DNA of 63,607 nt, counting the filler, from Octopus bimaculoides (taxonomy: Eukaryota): NCBI RefSeq assembly GCF_001194135.2. It is 3 parts of 3 records of this genome, joined end to end, with 100 filler letters (N's around TTAATTAATTAA, not from the genome) between each part and the next. Parts side by side here need not be neighbours in the genome. Positions count along the whole stretch, not along the records: positions 22,101 to 40,471 come from NC_068985.1; positions 40,572 to 63,607 come from NC_068982.1; 1 more part is not named here. One strand, 5' to 3'. How positions within the stretch are numbered: the stretch's first letter is position 1; each line of letters opens with the position of its first letter. Made by a program: the position numbers and the translations under genes. Of the stretch, positions 37,258 through 48,082 are shown one piece after another. The notes below the pieces were generated by a model that made no database searches, had not been told where the DNA came from, and saw nothing but the letters and a program-made list of their open reading frames with translations.

Positions 37258-39287
37258 CTTGATTCAGCAAAAAAAAAATTGCTCAAATTCTGCTTTAAGT
37301 ATGCCATACAACCCCTTGTAAATTTTTCTATTTTTCTGGAATTTTCAGAAAATTTTTGCGAATTTGTATTTGACACACAAGAATTCACTCGAATATGAAC
37401 AAAAAAAATATTCAAAAGTTTTTGACATTTCTTTTTGATTTAAAAAAAACTTTTTAAAACTTTTCTTTTTTAAATCACAGTTTAAAATATGGATTGTCTG
37501 AAGTTTTGGTCTAAATTGTTTCCATGTTTACAACACAAATTCATTAAAATTTTCTGAAAAGTCCAAAAAAATAAAACGGTTATGAGGGGGTTATATGTGT
37601 GCTTAAAGCAGAGTTCTACCGACAATTTTTTATAAAAAAGCAAAAATAACAAAGTTGTGTAATTTACCTGTGTTTTAAGTTCCTTGTTACCAACTAATGC
37701 TACAATCATATCTTGTGTCAAATTAGTGCTCTGGTTTTGAGATGGATTTAAACTGAAATAAGTTTATACAAGAAATAATTGTAAAGAAAACTATATAACC
37801 TTATAACTAAATATAAGAAAACATAATTGGGATTGCATTTCTTGGAAGTATGTGTGTCTTTGATTAGAGAGGATGGAGAATAGTAGAATCATAGAACTCT
37901 TGAGAAGCCTACACGCATATAAATGTACTTTCGCACAATGCAGTAGGAATGAATTTTGAGTAACCATTAACATAATTTAATTTACTTTAAGGTACTTTAC
38001 TTTAACTTTTAACCTCCCCATTCCTACAAACATCAAGTAGATAGTTAACTCACTTTGTTATCATGAGTGCACCAAACCTCACATATGCATATGCTCACAT
38101 TTTTGTGGATGCTTGTATGAGCGAATGTACTTGCACATGCAGCTTACCTGAGGGCGTTTATGCATCCATATTTGTTAATGGTTATTTTTAATACTTTTCT
38201 AGTTGGAATGTGTGGTCATTTCTCTTTTTTCCATCAGTGATCTTATTTTTGATCTATATAAATAAAGATATTTCCTCTGTCTGGCTGCTTTCCTTTCTCC
38301 AAAACGAGAAGTTACATTGCGGAACCGTTATTTTAATGAGTTGTATTCATTTATCACCCAATGAGATACATCTACACCGCTGGATGCACCTGAACCAGTT
38401 GTTGAGTGTCCCACCCATGAGGGATTGATGCTAGATGTGCCGAAACTATTGTTGTGATTAATAATAAATTCTCATATATTTTATGTTTATTTTTCATTTG
38501 CCATATACATATATATATATAAAGGAAGAAGAAAATGGAGATTGTGAAGTTTATAAGAGCTTATTATCAACAACAAATCAATCATTATCCCTTACAGCTG
38601 TTTCAATTATATACAGTAGTGAATGAATTAAATATCAAGTTCATATTTCTGAGCATAATCTCTCCTGAGGAAAAAAATTTGTATGCATGTTTGTAGATTC
38701 ATCACNNNNNNNNNNNNNNNNNNNNNNNNNNNNNNNNNNNNNNNNNNNNNNNNNNNNNNNNNNNNNNNNNNNNNNNNNNNNNNNNNNNNNNNNNNNNNNN
38801 NNNNNNNNNNNNNNNNNNNNNNNNNNNNNNNNNNNNNNNNNNNNNNNNNNNNNNNNNNNNNNNNNNNNNNNNNNNNNNNNNNNNNNNNNNNNNNNNNNNN
38901 NNNNNNNNNNNNNNNNNNNNNNNNNNNNNNNNNNNNNNNNNNNNNNNNNNNNNNNNNNNNNNNNNNNNNNNNNNNNNNNNNNNNNNNNNNNNNNNNNNNN
39001 NNNNNNNNNNNNNNNNNNNNNNNNNNNNNNNNNNNNNNNNNNNNNNNNNNNNNNNNNNNNNNNNNNNNNNNNNNNNNNNNNNNNNNNNNNNNNNNNNNNN
39101 NNNNNNNNNNNNNNNNNNNNNNNNNNNNNNNNNNNNNNNNNNNNNNNNNNNNNNNNNNNNNNNNNNNNNNNNNNNNNNNNNNNNNNNNNNNNNNNNNNNN
39201 NNNNNNNNNNNNNNNNNNNNNNNNNNNNNNNNNNNNNNNNNNNNNNNNNNNNNNNNNNNNNNNNNNNNNNNNNNNNNNNNNNNNNNN

Positions 39288-39326
<39 letters not shown>

Positions 39327-39404
39327 TATATAAATGTGTGTGTGTCTGTCTGTCTCTCTCTCTCTATTAATCCAGTGCATGATAGCATGATAAATAATAC
39401 TTAC

Positions 39405-39687
39405 ACTACTCCATTAATACCAACTTGAATATTAGCCACATTCGAAGTTGAAGTACTTCTCTTCTTGCGAAGTATATTTTGAGAATCCATACTACATGCT
39501 TTGCCATTAATTGCTACAGCTAACTTACAATCTCCTGTAGGACAAGAGGCATCTGAACGGTTCACAAGAACTTCTTTCAAGCTTTCTTTTATCAGTTTAC
39601 AGATGCTTGAAAACTGGCTGTCATCATATGGCTGTTTGAATTCAATGGAAAATTCCAGGGTAATATTTTTCAAACTTTTACTAGTAG
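39405..39687 (-). CDS. Exon: linker domain with furin-type RKKR site, SVEP1-like
   Basis: Strong pyrimidine tract + TAG acceptor, GT|GTAAGT donor, 283 bp, phase 1-2, fully open. Encodes TSKSLKNITLEF...SICKL...SCPTGDCKL...KACS...LRKKRSTS...GINGV. RKKR is at 39469-39458. Confidence 0.8.
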
Positions 39688-40173
39688 CTATAAAATGAAA
39701 AGAGAAATAGAAAATTGTTAGAAACAGTTAAGATTGTTATCATTATTCATTTTATCTGATGCATGGATGAAAATAAGCATATTTTATAACACACTGGAGC
39801 TGTTGCCGTATTGTGATAATCATTAACACTTCAGCATTTAAACTAGTTATATATGGCCCAAATATTCCACCTGCTTTATGTTCAAACCAACTGCATCTGA
39901 ACTTTCACACCTACCCTGCAATGTTCTTCGAAAAAATAAGCAAATGCATCATCAAAATCTCAAAGTTATGAGTTTATGCTTGATTAGTTGAAAAAAATGT
40001 GAATAAATAAGCATTACATTTAACAGAATAACCAGAATGCTAAAGTGGCTTTTTCTCTTTCCTTCTATGGACAGAATAAAATGGAACTAACTGACCAAGA
40101 TCCATATCTTTGATTCTCAATGGAGATAGAACACCATTTAATCTGTCCATGTAGATAAACTGCTAATAATATA

Positions 40174-40443
40174 TGTGGTGTTATGGGCTGTGATGAGCTG
40201 TGTGTTGTGGTGGAGAGAGGTGAGGCAAACAGAGGTGAAGCCAGACCGGAAGGGCCAGATCGGAAGTCGGCGACATGTGGTCGAAGGCTAGCATTTGGGG
40301 TGAGTCAGAAAACAGAGAGGTTACGAGAAAGACGTGTTCTGATCAGGAGCGAACGTGTACTCCGCTGCGGTCGACAAGGTAAGGTCCAACGTTTCATTCT
40401 GTCCTTTTGCTTCTTGTTGTCTTTTTTCCTCTATCACACCACA
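40174..40443 (+). mobile_element. Second solo-LTR-like element (TGTGGTG...CACCACA)
   Basis: 7-bp terminal inverted repeat; related to 32867-33181. Confidence 0.6.
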
Positions 40444-40571
40444 AGCTATTTCGGCCCATAAGAAAAAAAAANNNNNNNNNNNNNNNNNNNNNNNNNNNNN
40501 NNNNNNNNNNNNNNNTTAATTAATTAANNNNNNNNNNNNNNNNNNNNNNNNNNNNNNNNNNNNNNNNNNNN

Positions 40572-41030
40572 TATATCATTCTGGTTACTATTGTCCCTGG
40601 GGGTGTATTTTATCCCATCCCTATACCCGGCATTTTTTAGCGCTACATTGTATCTCCCCTTATGTTTATTGAATATCTCTTCATTTGAGGAGAGGTTAGA
40701 AATCCTTTTGCTTATATTCAGAAGAAGTAGGCAGTGTTAGGATTCTTACCTCCGCTGTATCTACTACTTCTATTGCTACTTGTGATATTCATATCATTAT
40801 CATTACTGCTCCCATCACGTGTGTTGATGTTAATGTTTCCAGTGTGGGTATTAGTATCCACATTGTTATCGTCCCGATTATCCGTCCCATGGCTATTTGT
40901 GGGGGGTGGTTACTAGAACTATTTATATATATATATATTTGGGTTCAAGATGAATATTTATCTAGTTATCTCTCCACCATTGTTCCTCTTATGTGTATGC
41001 GTGTTTGTGCAGTAATCAACTTTCAGTATT
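40572..41030 (-). mobile_element. Penelope-like RT thumb fragment with an N/S/T-rich insert
   Basis: YINSSSNHPPQI [insert] ...ISKRISNLSSNEEIFNKHKGRYNVALKNAGY. Confidence 0.75.
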
Positions 41031-41539
41031 TTTACTAGCTCTCATCATTATTGATACGACCACTAGCGATCATTATCAATAATACAATCAGATTCAATAC
41101 CAAAATCAATACACCCACCGGCATTACCGAACAAGAAACGTCTTAATGACCTACAACAGGCGCTAATCTATGGACAATAACAAAACTAAGAATAAAAAAT
41201 TTAACATTGACGTAAGTTTATGAGGTTCTCTGTTATATTTCAAATTTTGAATGCTATGTGTTTGATTCTAAGCCAATGAATATCAACTTGAAACTAAACA
41301 GCAACAGCAGTATTACTAGTAAGAAAAATAGAGCAAATGCAACAACCAACAATGCAACTATCACCACTAGCATGTAAACCAAGACACCACAATCAAAACT
41401 ACCAACTCATCAATTTCTGAATAGCCGAGCGGTTATCAAAATATTAGTAAAAATGGGATAGCAATGTCCTTAGCTACATATGTTGCATGTCAACACAACC
41501 TTGTGTGGGGTGGGGTTGGAGAGTGTGAGTGTAGAGTTC

Positions 41540-42015
41540 TTACCGCTCGAATCAAAAGTTTGCCGAGTGTCATTGTCACTTCACCGAACTGTACGGAGCG
41601 TGAAATGCCGATAACTGCCGAAGACATACAGGGCACAATGAGTACCTGTGAGAAGGAGAATTCTACAGGGTTGAATGGTCTGCTCTTCGAGCTTTATCTT
41701 CCTATACCAAACTTGCTCTGTGATTTTCTGGCCGATGTCTGCCAAAACGGGCAGCAGAAAAGGAGAATTCCCAGTTCTGTGACCCAAACGAGGCGAGTCG
41801 AACATTTCATTTTAAGCGCGTGACTATGCTGAACGAAGATTACAAGATTCGGGCCAAGATTTTAGCCAAGCGGTTGGCGCTTGTTTATAAACTGGTCAGT
41901 GACTCGCAGACAATTCTATCCACGAACATGACATTTACGTTACATTACGCGTTACATCATAGAGAGTATAGATAAGGAACCTGGCATCATAGAGAGTTTA
42001 GATAAGGAACCTGAC
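41540..42015 (+). mobile_element. L1/Tx1-type RT fragment
   Basis: PITAEDI..MSTCEKENSTGLNGLLFELY, TMLNEDYKIRAKILAKRLA, RYIIESIDKEPG (the last motif is locally duplicated). Confidence 0.8.
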
Positions 42016-42039
42016 AAACACGGCTGCATAAAGTAGCTT

Positions 42040-43140
42040 TTACATCGCGTTGATGATGTCTTTAAATCTCTGACATCAGATTTGTACTCTGATGTCATAT
42101 CTTCACTTCAGGAAAGCGTTCGGCAGATTCAACAATAATATATTGTTGCTAAACTTGTCCTGTAGTGGAATCCATAGAAAACTGCTGTACTGGGCAAAGT
42201 ATTTCAGAATGAACAAAACACAAGTTGCGGCCTTTGAAATTCCCTCAAGCTAAGGGAAAATTAATAGTAGCGTCCCCTGAAGAGACTGTTTTGTGTCCGC
42301 TTCTCTATATAGTCTATATAATCGACATCGCAAACGTCATCAAATGCAGCAAAATAAAAACAATCGTAAATGACTCAAAACTTTAGAAAATTGTTCATGG
42401 ATAAGAACAGTGAACTGAACTCTAGTTTAATCTACATGCTGTTAGCCATCGGGCCTAAAAATCCAGTTTATTGAACGAATATATCAACTCATGCCCTTAG
42501 AAAAACAATGCGCTCTAGCAACTATATTCTGTTCCATAATGGAAACTACTCACAGCATCGAGTAATATCTTATTTGGAGAACTCTCATCAACTATAAAGT
42601 CGATACATGTTGCAGAATGACCTCTTTAGTTCTTAGAAATTGTGGGCCCTCTTCTCCTTTGTATGGCCACGCCTAGAAAACTATTGCCCCCTATGGTATC
42701 TCCACACCAAGCAAAATATTACGCGATGTCAGTTACCCAAGAGAGCAATCACTAAAAAATGAGAAGTATCAGGGCATTTCATTATTGGGACTGCCTTTAG
42801 ACATTGACATTTCATTCGCTCCAGCACCGCTGTGAGCGCTACATCCTTTGCACAATCTGGTGAAAATACTACCAACATTGCTAAAATTTGTTCCTCAAAT
42901 CAGGCTCACAGCATATATTCACTTCAACTCAGTTTCTTTCCCGCAGCAGGTCCAATTCTATTCAATATTATTCAAAAAAGAATAAAAAGATCCCTTTACC
43001 TTCAAACGAGGCCTGGATACACTTCTTTAAAGGATACTAGAAAAATCACGTATACCTGGGTACATCTCAATCGACAACAACTTCCTATTTCAATGGCCTA
43101 TGATACCACAAATAATTGGCTTAAAAGTACTAAATAGATC
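42040..43140 (+). mobile_element. Highly decayed CR1-group LINE RT/3' region
   Basis: SDVI..FRKAF, SSVP..TVLCPLLYIVYIIDI, RPRLENYCPLW, FHYWDCL*TL.FHSLQHRCERY. Confidence 0.7.
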
Positions 43141-44074
43141 CTATCAGGTAAGTTACAGAATGCCTAAGAGAATCTATGGCAGAAACATATCTAAATTATT
43201 TAAGTTAACTTCTTACTAAATTTTGTCCTTAGTATTTTTGTTCTGTATTTATATTACTTGCTTTGCTACATTTACTACTTAAAGTACTAATGCTACACTT
43301 GCTGTTGCTACTACAACCAAAATGCGATTTTAGATCAAATGATATATTAGAGTGTTAAAAACCGTCAGGCAAGGTAAAACGCACTATTAATTTTCTCGCT
43401 TGCAGATAGTGCCCACGTTTACTGGTTTGATGCTAAGTCTTACAAGCACATATTTTGTTTTTCAAGCGGAGCAATTTTGTTTACTAACCTGACATTAGCG
43501 TAATATTTTTTTGTACAACAACGCTTCTAGTTTTTAGAGCTATCTAGCTATATTTCACCAAAGATATCAGGTAATTCTTGCCGCTGCTTTGAGGTCTTAA
43601 TTTGTTTGAGATTTAAAATATATGACTACAATAAATATATTTTTTTAATTATACTTAATAGCATTTTATAATTAGTCAATATTAAATGTAACGTAGCAGA
43701 TATGTTTATTTACTTCAATATCTGTACGTGTTAGTTTACATGAAGCCTCTGATGTTGTCCCCCAAAATACCAAAACTATATAAGAAGCAAACAATGAAAC
43801 TAATTACGTTTACCGTTCTACGTAATTAATAAGATATCTCAACATATTTCTAATAATTTCCTGTTTCTTTCATTTTTGTTAAACGCTGTATGCGTTTAGA
43901 GTTGTATTTCGACATTGTTGATGATTGTGGAAATTATAAACTATGACGTGAAATCGGAACATCATAGAGATTAGTGTATGCGACATACATGGAGACAAAC
44001 TCACACACAAAGATTCATATACATACATATGGTGGTTGTCTACTCCTTAAACAGAGTTTGACCACCTCCTGCAC

Positions 44075-44284
44075 CTACACCTTAGCCCTTTCATGGCGTC
44101 TGAGGTGGCTTTTTAAACCAGATAGTGTTTTGAAAAAACACCCACACAGATTGCACCTCTGATTTGCACTACCAATACCTGCAAGTAAGTTCTTCTCATT
44201 GTGGATCCTAACATGTCTTTTAAGACCCCCATTGGATTTGCAAACCCTCTGGCACACATCACATTCAAACGTGTGCACAGACAT
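44075..44284 (-). pseudogene. Orphan pair of intact C2H2 zinc fingers (LINE-tail type, not TGEKP-linked)
   Basis: CDVCQRVCKSNGGLKRHVRIH and CNLCGCFFKTLSGLKSHLRRH, both C-x2-C-x12-H-x3-H, with a 15-aa linker. Confidence 0.7.
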
Positions 44285-45524
44285 ATAATCAGAATAGCTG
44301 GATGAGGTTTGTTTTCCATATATATATGTATATATGTATATACATGTGCATGTATGTTTCTAGATACAAACGTGTGTATGTATGTTTCTCTGTTTGTATG
44401 TGTCTGTGTGTCTGTGTTCTTTCAACAGGTATTTGATGTATTTGTCAAAATATCACGGTTAAATATTTTAGCACAATTAGTTACAATTATCAAAGCAGAT
44501 AAATGTAAATTTCGTTTATCACGATGCAGTGATAATATTGTATTTCCGGAAATAAATTACACTTGTAACGTGACATCTTCCAGAATTGATGGGGTTTAGG
44601 TATCTGATAAAATCACAAATTTACAAAAACGATTAACTTGGACCATAATTTTCTGACATTTCGTTTGAATTTTTCAGCTGAAATCCAGTTTACTCGAACG
44701 TTACTATAATTTGAAAAACCTATCTGTTATAGAAACTATATTTATGAAAACATTTCGTGACGTTACTAATTTTGCATTGCACTCTGATATCTGCAGGAAT
44801 GCCTCATCAGTCTAGGGAATATTTCCTCTGAGAAAATATTTTCGATATCTCGTTAAATTTAACATTGAATTATAAATTTATACATCTATCTCAATAAAAT
44901 TTTGATATATTTCTCTTAGTAATCAATAAATATAAACTTTCCAAGAAAGAAAAAAAGCCAATGAAATAAATATATAAATAATTTTCATTTATACGTATTG
45001 GGTTTTGTTCATTTTCTCTGAAATATATCAACATCAAACACAAAAGACTATTTTTGTAATAAATTTCAAATTTATTCGTATTGAAAACTTATTTCCGTAG
45101 AATGGAAAAATATATTTCCACAAAATTGATAAATCTTCGGACTATAAAGATCGGAATATTTATGTTGAGAGTATGTACGTATGATTAAATGTACGTATGT
45201 AAACATATATATTTGTGTTCAGGGCTTGGGGGTGGATAGATATATGTTTCTATTTGCGTATGAAGTATGTTTGGAGATGTTTATATACTTCATCAAGTTC
45301 TGCTTACTCCCGAGCAGTTTCCACATGTCTGAGAGACATTGGCAATGTTTTATGCTTTGCAATTATCTCTATTATCAAGGCAGTCGCGTTTCAATATGTT
45401 TGCAGTTCTATGGAGGATAGAAAATTTTAATCTGCTCAATTTTTATCGCATAAACGCGAGAAAATGTGCAACCTATGCATGTATGTGTATGTATATGCAT
45501 ATATAAATATGCGTGTATATATAA

Positions 45525-45584
<60 letters not shown>

Positions 45585-46745
45585 ATGTGCGTGTGTGTGC
45601 CTCTGTGTGTGCGCGTGTGTACAAATGAGTAGTAACTTTATGTCAAAAGGTCAATCTTGTTTTGTCACATTCTGTATCACGCTCAGTTTCCTTTAGATCT
45701 ACGTTAAGTGTACGCGTTTCGCTGGAATGCTCAGCCACTTGCACGTTAGTTTCACTTGCACGTTTGTTCCGCTGATCGGATCAACAGCAACATTCGTCGT
45801 CATAATCTATGGAGTATCAGTTACATGCGTGTGTGTATGCGTGCATGCATACATGCTTTGTATATTTGTGCTTATTTTCGTATTTATTTTTTTTATTTTC
45901 GTCACGCCTGCATTTTATACTTCTCTCTCTCTCTCTCTCTCTTTCTTTCTCTCGCTCTCTCTTTCTCTCTGTCTCTCTATCTCTCTATCTCTGTAATTCT
46001 GCGTCTCTCTAACTCTCTCACTCCCTTTCCTCTTTATCTCAATGTACTCCTACATGTTTCTACTCTATCCTTACGCTATTTTCTGTCTTCTTTGTTACGC
46101 AGTGTTCCTCCATTTCCTTATTTCTGTTCTGATAGCACTTCCTTCTGTTTTATCACCATCCATCCTGCAAATATCCCCACCAATTTATCCACTTTCAGTC
46201 TTGTTTTTAGCGTTATCTTTGAACTAAATTCCATATAAAAGATGTTTTTGCTTTTCTTCTACATTGGAAACATGCATGTTGGTTTGGCTTATATAACCTT
46301 GGTCTGACAAGATTTATGTATATATCTTTTGCTAAAATGCATAATTTTCCGACTATTCCATCTATGTTTGTTCTCATTTTGTCCCATTTTTTGGCAAACA
46401 GCTGCTGCAAACTTTTTTCGTCTTGTTCACTTCCACTTTGTTATCTGTTATTTTTTCTTCTTCCATCATGCATTCTGTCTGTATATCTTTTCTTTTCACA
46501 TTTCTGCTTGTATCATACCTACACAGCAATGCATCTGATTATTTTTTATAAATTTCTGCATAGTCTTGTACGAATCGTGTTTTTTTGTTTTTTTTATTAT
46601 GCAGACCATACTCCATTTCTCTTTCTTTTTACTATCTATATCCTATCGTACACAATGACCTCTGAACGGTCAAAACTAGGCCAACGTTTTAGATGTGGGT
46701 TTAGTACACATTTATTACTTATAAAATGTTTGTGTGCATATCGGC

Positions 46746-46815
<70 letters not shown>

Positions 46816-46924
46816 GTTTTTGAGGAGAGTACATACCAATATCGTAGATAGGTACATCGACACTCACACAGACAATCTTACGCACACACATGCATATATG
46901 GACGAAGACAGGTGCATAAACAAC

Positions 46925-47070
46925 AAACAGGTGTATTATTTCAATGCTCGGGAAAGTGAGAAAGTTTTTTACGTTTCAAGTCTACGTTCTTCAACAGAAA
47001 GGAACACGAGAATATAAACAGGGAGAATAAAAAAAGAAAGCTGTAGTAGCTAGTGGTCAATCATGGCGAT
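46925..47070 (-). repeat. Short dispersed repeat with a minimal hammerhead-like core (copy 1)
   Basis: Reverse strand reads CUUU CUGUUGA A GAA CGUAGA CUU GAAA CG UA AAA. Homologous to 61200-61345. Confidence 0.6.
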
Positions 47071-47555
47071 GGACGGACAGAGGTGTTCAGACAGAAGAGC
47101 TATGAAGAAGGGGAGATAAAGTAGTGGTGATCATAAAACGAAGGTGCACGTGCGCGTGTATGTGAGAGCGTGCGTGTGCGTGTGGATAGGGGCTGGCGAC
47201 CTTGAAATGTAGGTGTGTGAATGTGCAATTGTGTGGAGGATGTTGTGGGTGCTGACAAGTGGTCGCTGCTAGTGTGTGCAGGCTGGTGCGATGTGGTGTG
47301 ATGGTGTGGTGATGTGTGGTATATTGTGTTGTAGTATGGTGGTGTGGTGTGGGGTGTGGTGTGGTGGTGTGTGGTCTGTTGCTGTGTGGTGCGGTATGGT
47401 GGGGTTGTGGTGTTGGGGATGCATATATATATATACTTCTACATACATATATACATGTGCGTGTGTATGTGGGGGAATATATATGCTTTTATTGCAACGT
47501 ATAAGTACAACTACAGTGACATACGTGTGTTTTCATACACAAACACACAGACACA

Positions 47556-47777
47556 TACGAGAGGATGCTGAAAAGTTCTTGGCTTCGGCTGAAAGAAAAT
47601 GCAGGAGGATCAATTAATTATAATTTTATTGAACATATTCCCTTCTCAGATTAACTCGTTTATGTAGCGGTCCTTCAGTTTTTCTAAGCCGATTAAAAAA
47701 AATACTCGGAAGATGGGTCTCCAACTAGACCTTTCACGATACACTTAAGGCCAGAAAGTTTTCAGCGCAGCCTCGTG
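47556..47777. mobile_element. mariner-derived MITE (~220 bp)
   Basis: Imperfect ~30-bp TIRs: TACGAGAGGATGCTGAAAAGTTCTTGGCTT on the left; the reverse complement of the right end is CACGAGGCTGCGCTGAAAACTTTCTGGCCTT. No ORF. Confidence 0.75.
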
Positions 47778-47793
47778 TGAATAATATGCATAG

Positions 47794-47827
<34 letters not shown>

Positions 47828-48029
47828 CAAGAACAACAAGGGTAACAACAACGCCTATAGTAGCTGCAACGAAAACGCAGCACGAAAGTTGTCAACAGCA
47901 ATAGATTCTGTCGTTTCTCATTCAGTAATACTGACCTATATAAGCTTGAAGTGACTATTTCTCGACTGTTCCTATTTCTCCAAACTTTTCTTTCGCTGTT
48001 TCCTCGACTACTATTATTAATACTATTGT

Positions 48030-48082
<53 letters not shown>

